NCBI GenBank assembly: GCA_050293845.1
Contig: JBNKNM010000101.1
Coordinates: 1-19,095, forward strand
Direction: 5' to 3'
Origin: Pseudobacteriovorax sp.
Lineage (GTDB): Bacteria > Bdellovibrionota_B > Oligoflexia > Oligoflexales > Oligoflexaceae
Length of the DNA stretch: 19,095 nt
The position numbers were made by a program, and so were the translations under genes. The first letter of the stretch is position 1. Every line of letters starts with the position of its first letter. The notes beneath the pieces are model-generated. The model worked only from the letters and a program-made list of their open reading frames with translations, was not told the DNA's origin and made no database searches. Positions 8,076-16,053 of the stretch are shown piece after piece.

Positions 8076-8110
8076 AAAAAAGCAAGGGTAGCAGTGGTTG
8101 CTACCCAAGC
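8076..8110 (-). terminator. Intrinsic terminator oriented on the minus (antisense) strand
   Basis: Perfect 8-bp inverted repeat GGGTAGCA-GTGGT-TGCTACCC (8086-8106), with A6 at 8076-8081 on the plus strand giving a U-tract for minus-strand RNA. Confidence 0.6.
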
Positions 8111-8140
8111 ACTAAAATTGAATACATAAGGATCTCTCTT

Positions 8141-9025
8141 ATGACAAATCTTCAAGTGTTTCAAAAGGAAATTACGACCCAAGGCAAACGACTATTTGTC
8201 GATCTTGTCAGAATGGAAGGTGATGAGTTTGTTACCGTATCCCAAGCGGCGACAATGTTTGGTGTGACCTATCGGAACATTCATAAACACCTAAAGAATC
8301 ACAATTTAACTGGTAGAAAGATAGTAGACCAGTCCATTAATGACTTTAAAGATCAAGGACTTGTGGACAAAAGAGCAAGGGAGGTTGTCCTCCTTGGAAA
8401 AGATACAGTCCGTCAATTAGTTAGAGTTATTAATACTCAGCAAGCAAAGGAGGTCTATAACTTGCTATGGGAAGTTGCTGAGCGGGCAGATCATTTTTAC
8501 CAAAAACAAGCAGCTTCTATTGATCCTTTAGATGTGGTGCTAAATACCATACTAGCCGTGAAGGAGCATAATCGTCGCACCGAATTGGTCCAAGCAGAAC
8601 ACAATAGCCGCATTGAAGCAGTAGAGCAAAAGACAAGCCCCGAAGCCTTGAAAGCTGTCATGGGTGAAGCAATTATAGAGCAATCTAGGTTTCCCCAAGG
8701 ATGCACCCCCATGGCTGACATTAGGAGGCTCTATTTTTTCGGTATAGCTGAGAAAATGATCCGGGATGTCTTGGATTATCTAAACCACCCTTGGGAGTAT
8801 TATCGAATCCATATCGAGGATACTAACAGCTATCGGGATGGTCGTGCGTATAGGACTAAAGGCTTAACTGCCGCTTCTGAGCTTTTCCTTGAAGAGGTTA
8901 AGCTCTCAAAAATGACAGATACTAACTATATTTACTACCACCAAGGGCTAGGTCGAAATTTCTATAAGCCAAGGCATTCTGGCCCGCTACCGTTGATTGA
9001 TAAGCAATTAAATCAAATAAGCTGA
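8141..9025 (+). CDS. ORF6N/Bro-N-like antirepressor-type protein
   Basis: SD AAGGA before ATG 8141. FVTVSQAATMFGVTYRNIHKHL...FKDQGLVDKRAREVVLL...VINTQQAKEVYNLL resembles ORF6N. A coiled linker and a C-domain shared with 7219..8070 follow. Confidence 0.65.
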   Translation: MTNLQVFQKEITTQGKRLFVDLVRMEGDEFVTVSQAATMFGVTYRNIHKHLKNHNLTGRKIVDQSINDFKDQGLVDKRAREVVLLGKDTVRQLVRVINTQQAKEVYNLLWEVAERADHFYQKQAASIDPLDVVLNTILAVKEHNRRTELVQAEHNSRIEAVEQKTSPEALKAVMGEAIIEQSRFPQGCTPMADIRRLYFFGIAEKMIRDVLDYLNHPWEYYRIHIEDTNSYRDGRAYRTKGLTAASELFLEEVKLSKMTDTNYIYYHQGLGRNFYKPRHSGPLPLIDKQLNQIS

Positions 9026-9127
9026 TGTGGCAGCCATATGGTTTTCTATGGCCCCTAATTTCAGGGGCTTACACTGCAAACATGACATTGAATGAATAAG
9101 GTTAAAATGATACTTTGTGGAGATTTT

Positions 9128-9355
9128 ATGGGTACTGATAAGGCTAAAGCTGATCAAGACCAGCTCTTTGAAAACTTTATAAGCATAGAGCAACTTGCGG
9201 AACTAATCGGTAGGAAACCAAAGACTATTGTGAACTGGTGCCACGAGCGGAAGATACCACATATCAAAGCTGGTAGTCGCACCTTGTTCCTAAGGTCATC
9301 GGTGTATGCGTGGCTTGCTTCTTCGGAGGTAAAAAATGTCAAAAAACGTCGATAA
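9128..9355 (+). CDS. xis: Excisionase / HTH_17 DNA-binding protein
   Basis: FISIEQLAELIGRKPKTIVNWCHERKIPHIKAGSRTLFLRSSVYAWL; directly upstream of the integrase. SD GGAG before ATG 9128. Confidence 0.85.
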   Translation: MGTDKAKADQDQLFENFISIEQLAELIGRKPKTIVNWCHERKIPHIKAGSRTLFLRSSVYAWLASSEVKNVKKRR

Positions 9356-9394
9356 AAAAATGGTTTCTAAAGATAAAGCAAGGAGGTCACTCTA

Positions 9395-10582
9395 ATGGCT
9401 GTGACTATGAGAACCAGAAAAAGGGATGGTAAAACTGTAAGGTTTTATCATGCTGAGGTTTGGATAAGAGGTAAGAGAGCTACTAGCAAGTCTTTTGATA
9501 ATCGTGCCGAGGCATACCAGTGGCATGATGACGAAAAGCGGTTAAGGACCATTGGTTTTGCTAATCCTGATATCAAGACCGACTACACGTTAGAAGATCT
9601 TGTTACCGAGTATCGAAGAGTTGAAGAACCAACCAAACGACGATCTACTGTTGAAGCAGATGAGTGTCGATGGAAATATTTTCTTGATTCTCCGTTAGCA
9701 AACCTACCTGTAACAAATATCAATGCTATGGCTATTGATCATTGGTTTGAATGGCTTCATGATCATGATTGCGTTAAGTCGTATAAAAGAACTTCATTCC
9801 TATATGAGCTAGCTTTGTTCAAAACTTTGCTTAATTGGTATCGAGAGAATAAGGAGAATGGCTATGTTGTCCCCTTTCTTCGCCGCCATAAGAAAAGAAC
9901 TAAGATTCCTGGCAAGGTTAGCTACAGAGGAAAGACTAACGAGTTCTACATGAACGTTGAAGACGTTAAAAGGTGGCTAGAAGTTCTGGAAACAATGAAA
10001 AATCCAGTTTATCTAAAGCTTGCCCATCTAATGGTAGGAACAGGTTTTCGTTTGGGTGAAGCTTGTGGTTTGCGTTGGTCGCCATGTATCGATTTTGATA
10101 ATAGTACTATTACTATAGATCGAACTCTTTCATGGGATCAAAAGACTAAGCGGCCCTACCTTCAAGATGAGGGCGAAGCTAAAAACACTCAGTCCTTAAG
10201 AACCATAGCAATGCCTGAAGGTCTTAGGATAATGCTTTTGGAAATGAAGGTAAAAAGTAGGCATCGCCATTTCATCTTTGAACGAGATACGGGTGAGGCA
10301 CTACATTACTCAACTTTGTATAAGGCTTTTTCTGGATCTATGGAGAAGGCGGGAATCAAGTTTTCTGGCACTCATATCTGTCGGCATACGTTTGCAACTC
10401 TGGCCCTTAAGGTCACAGGGGATCTAGCGAAGATCCAAAACGTTCTAGGTCACATTAGCGAAAGGCAAACCAAGCACTACGCTAAAATCGCAATCCTAAA
10501 CGGCAACGATACGCCTCAACAAGTCTACGGTCTTTTTCAAAATTTAGGTGACTCAAAAAAAGAAACCCCGGTAAGTTTTTAA
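9395..10582 (+). CDS. int: Tyrosine recombinase / phage integrase
   Basis: Catalytic set intact: TGFRLGE (R), AKN (K), HICRHT (H-x-x-R), LGH, TKHYAK (Y). N-terminal arm-binding-like beta domain. SD AAGGAGG. Confidence 0.96.
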   Translation: MAVTMRTRKRDGKTVRFYHAEVWIRGKRATSKSFDNRAEAYQWHDDEKRLRTIGFANPDIKTDYTLEDLVTEYRRVEEPTKRRSTVEADECRWKYFLDSPLANLPVTNINAMAIDHWFEWLHDHDCVKSYKRTSFLYELALFKTLLNWYRENKENGYVVPFLRRHKKRTKIPGKVSYRGKTNEFYMNVEDVKRWLEVLETMKNPVYLKLAHLMVGTGFRLGEACGLRWSPCIDFDNSTITIDRTLSWDQKTKRPYLQDEGEAKNTQSLRTIAMPEGLRIMLLEMKVKSRHRHFIFERDTGEALHYSTLYKAFSGSMEKAGIKFSGTHICRHTFATLALKVTGDLAKIQNVLGHISERQTKHYAKIAILNGNDTPQQVYGLFQNLGDSKKETPVSF

Positions 10583-10613
10583 GTTCTTACCGAGGTCTTC
10601 TGGAATATTTTTT
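10555..10613. terminator. Probable bidirectional terminator between convergent int and tRNA
   Basis: GAAACCCCGGTAAG...CTTACCGAGGTCTTC imperfect inverted repeat, with an A-tract on the left and a T-tract a few nt to the right. Confidence 0.6.
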
Positions 10614-10674
10614 CTTGGGTTCTAAGCTCTAATTTCATCCGTCTACCAAACTGTTGAAATCATTGCCTTTCTAG

Positions 10675-10695
10675 AATCACGTAATAAATCACGTA
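10675..10695. repeat. Direct repeat AATCACGTA x2, candidate integrase arm-type sites
   Basis: AATCACGTA at 10675-10683 and 10687-10695, 46-66 bp from the tRNA 3' end; typical position and spacing of arm sites. Confidence 0.6.
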
Positions 10696-10740
10696 CCAAG
10701 TAAAAAATTATTTAATCATCTTCAAGACTTAAGTCTTATT

Positions 10741-10816
10741 TGGTGGAGGTAAGCGGAGTCGAACCGCTGACCCTCAGAATGCAAATCTGATGCTCTACCA
10801 ACTGAGCTATACCCCC
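10741..10816 (-). tRNA. tRNA-Ala(TGC), prophage attachment site
   Basis: GGGGGTATAGCTCAGTTGGTAGAGCATCAGATTTGCATTCTGAGGGTCAGCGGTTCGACTCCGCTTACCTCCACCA: 76 nt, anticodon TGC, G3-U70 alanine identity pair, encoded CCA. Confidence 0.98.
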
Positions 10817-10914
10817 AAAACTAGGTGAGACGATTAAATGCCCTAATCTCTCTAAAATTGCAAGTCTTTTGGAGCACTTTTTACCTCTTCAGGTTTCTTT
10901 CTGCTGCCAATTAT

Positions 10915-10943
10915 TTTACCAATCCTTAATTATCCCATACAAT
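10915..10943 (+). promoter_or_regulatory. Putative sigma70 promoter for the lipoprotein gene
   Basis: TTTACC-N17-TACAAT, with an additional TATAAT at 10945-10950. Confidence 0.45.
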
Positions 10944-10980
10944 ATATAATGACACAGTGCACAAATGGGAGGGTTATTCC

Positions 10981-12564
10981 ATGGGACGCAAATCTTTGAT
11001 GATAACAATTAGTCTAGCTTTATCGCTTTGCAGCTGCGGTCGGTCTAAGGGCGGTGGGCAAGACTCAGGTGTATCCCTAGGAGAAATTAGGTCCACAGTC
11101 GGCCAGGTGTCCCAAGAGTTTCAAATTCCTTCTCGGCTGCTACTTGCCGTGGGGTTCAAGGAGTCGGGACTTTCTGCCCTTCCTTCCAGCAGTATCTATA
11201 ATGCCGAGCATAGCCTCGGAGTTTCTGTAGGCGAAAGTGCATTTGGTCTGAAGCTGGATGAACTAGGTCTCGAAAATGAAGACAGCAGCTATCAGCTTCC
11301 GAGTCAAATTCGTGCCTACGCTAAACTTGTCAGAACTTACATCGACGAAAAGGGTCTAAGTTTAGGTATTAATATCGACAGCCCTGATGAACTATATGAC
11401 TGGGTATGGCAACTGTCCCTCTTGCACCGTAAAAGCAACAAAAATCGTAAAAATGTACAGATTATTTTCGCTCTCGAACTCATCAACTATCTTAATGAAG
11501 GTTATACCTGGCAATCTTCAAAAACAGGAGAGATTGTTCAATTAGCCCCAGCAAATCCAAAAATTCTAACAGAAAACTTTTCCAATCAGATTCAAAAAAA
11601 CCTAGAACTGGATACTCAAAAAAGTGAGATTTATTCTGTAGACTACATGCAACTGACCTTTGATCAAGGCTCTGGACAACTCAATATACCGAACCACATC
11701 CGGGTCATTCATTGTCCATTTTCATTATCTGCCTGCTTGGAAATACAAAGTAAAACCCATAATCAGGAAGATGCTAGATTACAAGCTCACTATGTTATTC
11801 CTCCAGATCAAAGCATACTCACAAACCCCATAAAAATTCTGCAACACAGGATTCCTGTACTTGTGACCGATAATTTGGGCAGGGTAGAGCAGATTCGTAA
11901 CGCCGTTGTCATCATGCTAGTTGGTGACAGCGGTCGCTATGTAGATGGCATTCGTGTGCGGAGTAATCCCCTGTGGTATACTTCCTACCAGTTAAAAAAC
12001 CTAGGCGAAATCGTCCATGGTATTTGTGAGCTGATGAAATTAGATAACCCTACGGTTAATCTCGATACATGTAAGATTCCTGGGGTTTCCGGTGGAGTTC
12101 AATTTATGGAACAAGGTTCATCCGAGAATTATCGCTGGGGCACCATTCCAGATTTTAACAAAAATATCTTTTGGAGTTACATCTATGATCCTGATGAACA
12201 AGACGGTTCAGCAGAATTTGATTTCGGTAAGGAAGAACGCCTCTATAATGCCGGAGAGTCTATTGATTTTGATGTAAATTTTATCCGCGGCGCAAGGAAA
12301 ATAGAAATCGAGCTTCTCGAGAGGTGCGAGAATGGAAAAACAATCTGGACAACCTTAGAAACAAGGTATGTCAGGGATGCAGCCTCTAGCCACATACAAA
12401 CTCGACTATACCAACAGGGGCCCAATTTCAATGGACAACATTTTTTCCGCGCACTAGTTTATGGAGAAGATAACCGACTGACATCTTGGGCTGTGGTTGA
12501 TCTATTTTTAAAGGACTATGATCAAGAAAAATATGTTTTTGCAGAATTAGATGCTTGCTCTTAA
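10981..12564 (+). CDS. Putative lipoprotein with lysozyme/SLT-like N-domain and degenerate Amidase_2-like domain
   Basis: SD GGGAGG before ATG 10981. Lipobox-like signal (MGRKSLMITISLALSLCSCG). EFQIPSRLLLAVGFKESG (SLT-like helix with ES), then HIRVIHC, AHYVI, AVVIMLVG, WYTSYQLKNLGEIV in Amidase_2 motif order. Confidence 0.6.
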   Translation: MGRKSLMITISLALSLCSCGRSKGGGQDSGVSLGEIRSTVGQVSQEFQIPSRLLLAVGFKESGLSALPSSSIYNAEHSLGVSVGESAFGLKLDELGLENEDSSYQLPSQIRAYAKLVRTYIDEKGLSLGINIDSPDELYDWVWQLSLLHRKSNKNRKNVQIIFALELINYLNEGYTWQSSKTGEIVQLAPANPKILTENFSNQIQKNLELDTQKSEIYSVDYMQLTFDQGSGQLNIPNHIRVIHCPFSLSACLEIQSKTHNQEDARLQAHYVIPPDQSILTNPIKILQHRIPVLVTDNLGRVEQIRNAVVIMLVGDSGRYVDGIRVRSNPLWYTSYQLKNLGEIVHGICELMKLDNPTVNLDTCKIPGVSGGVQFMEQGSSENYRWGTIPDFNKNIFWSYIYDPDEQDGSAEFDFGKEERLYNAGESIDFDVNFIRGARKIEIELLERCENGKTIWTTLETRYVRDAASSHIQTRLYQQGPNFNGQHFFRALVYGEDNRLTSWAVVDLFLKDYDQEKYVFAELDACS

Positions 12565-12902
12565 GGCCAAAGCAGATACTCATTGTTTTCTGGAAAGTCA
12601 AGGGGATGCACACCATTCCTGTAAGAAAGTTTTTTCTCTAACTTTAAGTCATAGTAGTCAGCAAAGGTTGAGATACCATCCTCATTGGTAATCTGTAGCA
12701 CATTAGGATGACGTTGGTTAATGTGTTTAACTGTAAACTCGTCCCCTTCTACAAAATCAGCATTTTTAGAATGCTTTAGAACAACTTCGTCTTTAGGTAG
12801 CATATTATGGAGTTTCGGTGGCGGTCGTCGCCGAATAGTTTTTTTAACCCCATCTTGATAATAGGTAACTTTGTAAGGTTTGCGATTAAACTGAATTGCC
12901 AA
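12561..12902 (-). CDS. Hypothetical protein (113 aa, beta-rich, possibly SH3-like)
   Basis: TTG start with SD GAGG; natural composition; stop codon overlaps the convergent lipoprotein stop. Confidence 0.75.
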   Translation of the reverse strand: MAIQFNRKPYKVTYYQDGVKKTIRRRPPPKLHNMLPKDEVVLKHSKNADFVEGDEFTVKHINQRHPNVLQITNEDGISTFADYYDLKLEKKLSYRNGVHPLDFPENNEYLLWP

Positions 12903-13021
12903 AACAGTTACCTCAATCTAATTTTGGCAATTCTTCGGAATAAATCAGAACAAACTAAAGAAATAGATCCCATTCCACCATTATTCCAGTGGCTTACATT
13001 TGCTTAAACCGTGAGGAATGA

Positions 13022-13258
13022 TCAGATGATTTCGCGACCAGCAATATACCCAGTACTTCGGGTATTGCATCCGCAAGTTCTGTTACCAGCTGATTCGAAA
13101 AGAGTATTACAGGCAATGCAAGTACGTATTTTGACTTTGATGGGAGAAAGCCCTGCAAGTCTACGCGCATGGTTTTTAAGTTCAATGTCTTTCAAAACGG
13201 ACGGAGGAAGACGCTTGATCTTATTCGATTTAAAATCATTCTCGATCTCTTGAGACAT
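13022..13258 (-). CDS. Small zinc-ribbon protein
   Basis: RTCIACNTLFESAGNRTCGC (CxxC...CxC); basic N-terminus; good promoter upstream. Confidence 0.75.
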   Translation of the reverse strand: MSQEIENDFKSNKIKRLPPSVLKDIELKNHARRLAGLSPIKVKIRTCIACNTLFESAGNRTCGCNTRSTGYIAGREII

Positions 13259-13311
13259 AGGCCAGAGCCCCTATATTGTTTCTTGAATAATAAAGGCGAG
13301 AAACCCGTGCC

Positions 13312-13340
13312 AATATCTCAAATATTAAGGGAGATGTCAA
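13312..13340 (-). promoter_or_regulatory. Putative sigma70 promoter for the zinc-ribbon gene
   Basis: Minus strand TTGACA-N17-GATATT with TG at the extended -10 position. Confidence 0.5.
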
Positions 13341-14042
13341 CGACGATTTCAAATTTCATAACTTTTGCTAAGGAACTAGCAGGATAGATAACTTTAGCTT
13401 TCTATTTTCGTACACTTAGTTATGCTATTTTCCTATAAAAAAAAAATCAATCTGCAAAATAAAGATAAACTGGCTAATATCATCTCAGATGACCGTTTTT
13501 TTTATAATAAGAGTCTCAACTGCAATTTGCATTGCCGAAAACAAGTGAATTTAATCCAATACCTAAATTACCTTAACGCTATTCATGATTTTAAAAAAGA
13601 CATCGAGCAGGGTCAATTATTCATCTTCACAAGCTAAGCAATGCAACAAGTATTAAAGCAAATTGTTAGTGTGAAAACAAAGGTCAGGATCAGATTTAAA
13701 TCAGAAATTCCAAAATTTGGGTATTAAATGATCCTAGTTGGTTTGTGTGTGAAATGTATGCGGTAGCCGAATGGATGTGCAGCTGTCCAAATATCGAACA
13801 TGAATAACTAGATATAGACTTTTTGCAAGTCAAAGAGGCTGTATCTACAAACGAAGATGCGATATCTTCAGAAATACCAAGCTGTAATACGGGAGGAAAA
13901 CACAAGCATTTGCCAATAACTGGTTGGATTTGCAGTTAAAATCTGGCATTTTGGGTCATTGGATGCGACAGAAAATAGCACAGCAGTTACAAAAATGACA
14001 CAGAAAGATTAATATCTTTCATTATATCCTAGGGGTTAGCCA

Positions 14043-14573
14043 ATGAGAATTGCCGGAAGAGTTCCTAAAACACTATTTTCCCAAGCAGACATAGCAAAAA
14101 GAGTCCGCGATCTAGGAGTTCAAATTTCCCAAGATTACAAAGGTGAGACGCTTATTGTCGTAGGGGTGCTTAAAGGGGCTGTTATCTTTCTGGCAGACCT
14201 TATCCGTGCCATAGATACACCACTAGAAATTGAATTTATTGGAGTTTCCAGCTACGAAGGAACCTCTTCCACTGGTCATGTTCAGATCAATCAAGATTTA
14301 AGCCGTGATGTGCAAGATACTCATGTCTTATTAGTAGAGGATATTATCGATACAGGTTTAACAATAGATTATCTTATCAACCTGCTACAACTGCGAGGAC
14401 CAAAGTCGGTAAAAGTATGCTCATTACTAAGTAAACCCGAATCTTACCAAATGAAACATCCCATAGATTATGTTGGCTTTGAGATCAGTAAAGAGTTTGT
14501 AATAGGTTATGGGCTTGACCTTGATGGGCGATACCGCGAATTACCTGAAATACTACAGCTTATCGAAGATTAA
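14043..14573 (+). CDS. hpt: Hypoxanthine phosphoribosyltransferase
   Basis: VGVLKGAVIFLADLIR, VSSY, PRPP-binding motif VLLVEDIIDTGLT, FVIGYGLDLDGRYRELP. Confidence 0.97.
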   Translation: MRIAGRVPKTLFSQADIAKRVRDLGVQISQDYKGETLIVVGVLKGAVIFLADLIRAIDTPLEIEFIGVSSYEGTSSTGHVQINQDLSRDVQDTHVLLVEDIIDTGLTIDYLINLLQLRGPKSVKVCSLLSKPESYQMKHPIDYVGFEISKEFVIGYGLDLDGRYRELPEILQLIED

Positions 14574-14625
14574 CCTCTAGTACTAGCGATGGCAGGTATC
14601 TGCTTGTTGGTATGAAGTTACTATT

Positions 14626-15102
14626 TTAACTAATAAAAGCCAGGTCCGACCAGTCGATAATATAGGGATGGTTTTCAAAAAGCCGTACCTGCCAGTAATC
14701 TTGGTAACTTAACTGATGATGACTCATGAGCCTCTCCAAAGACCCTAACATATGATTCCATAGCCGCTTAGGTGCCACATGAGGACAGTGGGGTTTCAGA
14801 TATGCAACACAAAATTCATTGATCCAAAATGTCTCCATGGGTGCGATAAGAGGGTGTTGAAGAGTTGATAGGGTTTCCATCGCTCGCATCCACGTAGCGA
14901 GCCCAGTTGTAAGACCTCCTTGAAAATCAGGCCTAGAAATAGACAGCACCATAGACCATCCATTTATTTTTACTAAATATGATACAAAATGCCTACCTTT
15001 CCCGATTTTTTCCATATTTTCAGGTTGTTTAAGTAAACTATGGACCCTACTGCGATCCAGGCAAACATAGAACCTTCTCCGGTGTTTTTGTATGGGGTCC
15101 AT
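14626..15102 (-). CDS. Hypothetical protein with minimal, degenerate protein-kinase-like fold
   Basis: SD AGGAG 8 nt before ATG 15102. KIGKGRHFVSY (Gly loop), LSTLQHPLIAP (subdomain IV), YQD and IIDW (HxD- and DFG-like). Confidence 0.55.
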   Translation of the reverse strand: MDPIQKHRRRFYVCLDRSRVHSLLKQPENMEKIGKGRHFVSYLVKINGWSMVLSISRPDFQGGLTTGLATWMRAMETLSTLQHPLIAPMETFWINEFCVAYLKPHCPHVAPKRLWNHMLGSLERLMSHHQLSYQDYWQVRLFENHPYIIDWSDLAFIS

Positions 15103-15471
15103 GAGTAACACTCCTATGGGAAAGCCCTCTGATCAATCATAGCAAGCTTTCCCCGGAAAAAATACATATCTAAAGAGAAGCCTTAACTGCGAGATTCATT
15201 AGAGTAATCTGACTATATGCCTTCTGTCCCTTGGAATACCATCTAGAATTGTTTGCTAACTTGTTTGACATTTGTTATGGCTACATACAGTTCTCCCGTG
15301 TTAGGGCTTTCATATGTCCAGTTTAACTAGCGAGTTTAACTGAGGCCTTTGGTGCTTAATAAAGAAGAAAACATGATCCACATGGCATATTAATTGCTTC
15401 TTCACTGGTAAGGCTCCCGCCTAAAAAAAGTGAAAGCTGTAAATGTATTTGCAAAAAGTCTGGAGGTCGCG

Positions 15472-15675
15472 ATGCAAACTGATAATAATGAAAACAAGGT
15501 GGTCTCGATTTTTGATCGACCACGTACTACGGACGAAAAATCAAAAGCGGATAAAGATGAAGATTTCGATTTTGAAACGATTATAAAAAAGAACGCTGAT
15601 AATAAATACCGCCAGAACCGCGATCGAGCGAAATCTAACCGTGGTGTAATCCGTTCATACCGCCTAAAACATTAA
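15472..15675 (+). CDS. Small hypothetical protein (67 aa)
   Basis: SD GGAGG before ATG 15472; MQTDNNENKVVSIF...NRGVIRSYRLKH. Confidence 0.8.
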   Translation: MQTDNNENKVVSIFDRPRTTDEKSKADKDEDFDFETIIKKNADNKYRQNRDRAKSNRGVIRSYRLKH

Positions 15676-15731
15676 ATAAATGTCAAGGATAGTTTAATAT
15701 TATTTCCAGTTTCGGAAGACTTGTTTCTATT

Positions 15732-15765
15732 TGTTGTTCTCTTACTGTTGTTCTCTTACTGTTGT
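15732..15765. repeat. 14-bp tandem repeat (TGTTGTTCTCTTAC x2.4)
   Basis: TGTTGTTCTCTTAC TGTTGTTCTCTTAC TGTTGT in the intergenic region. Confidence 0.85.
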
Positions 15766-15797
15766 ATTTGCTGTTGCTGTTCTGGAGTTGAGTTGTT

Positions 15798-16049
15798 ATG
15801 GAAAAAAATGTTGTTGATTTTAAAACCTTTCGTGAAAAAAAAGAAACTGAAAAAGAAATTGCCAGAGGTCGTGTTCCACTACATGTCAGCCATTTGACGG
15901 GCCGTGTAACTGGTAGCCCTCACTTCAAGCGCCCTCAAGCCGATGATTTTGGAGATCGCATGCAAAGGATTAAAGCAAGCCTCGAAAAAATCAACAAATT
16001 GATGGCCGACCTAAAAAAATCTTCCAGAGATCAAGACATCCGAAATTGA
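15798..16049 (+). CDS. Small hypothetical protein with C-terminal coiled coil (83 aa)
   Basis: SD GGAG; MEKNVVDF...DFGDRMQRIKASLEKINKLMADLKK; followed by a hairpin. Confidence 0.8.
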   Translation: MEKNVVDFKTFREKKETEKEIARGRVPLHVSHLTGRVTGSPHFKRPQADDFGDRMQRIKASLEKINKLMADLKKSSRDQDIRN

Positions 16050-16053
16050 ACTA

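Larger units (their letters stand above)
1..10741. mobile_element. Prophage (partial; continues beyond the left edge), integrated at the 3' end of tRNA-Ala(TGC)
   Basis: Tyrosine integrase and excisionase abut the 3' end of a tRNA. Phage-type primase, helicase, Bet, Gp157 and antirepressor-like genes follow, with housekeeping genes (hpt, topB) on the other side of the tRNA. The exact att core cannot be defined because the other end is outside the window. Confidence 0.9.

Noticed and set aside
7141..8140. Longer starts given by the ORF track (7141, 7991; also 6238, 9092, 10957, 15111, 15430)
   Set aside because: They overlap upstream genes or hairpins or lack an SD; downstream ATGs have clear SD sequences.
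9088..9116. TTGAAT-N17-TACTTT promoter-like sequence before xis
   Set aside because: The predicted start would fall within the xis SD; too weak to call.
12807..13905. ORFs 12807..13007, 12994..13185, 13011..13253, 13169..13387, 13422..13637, 13696..13905
   Set aside because: Overlap better-supported genes or are low-complexity AT-rich frames without SD or motifs.
15732..15765. Possible CRISPR or mini-array
   Set aside because: Units are contiguous with no spacers, and there are no cas genes. No CRISPR array, reverse transcriptase, or DGR template/variable repeats were seen anywhere in the window.
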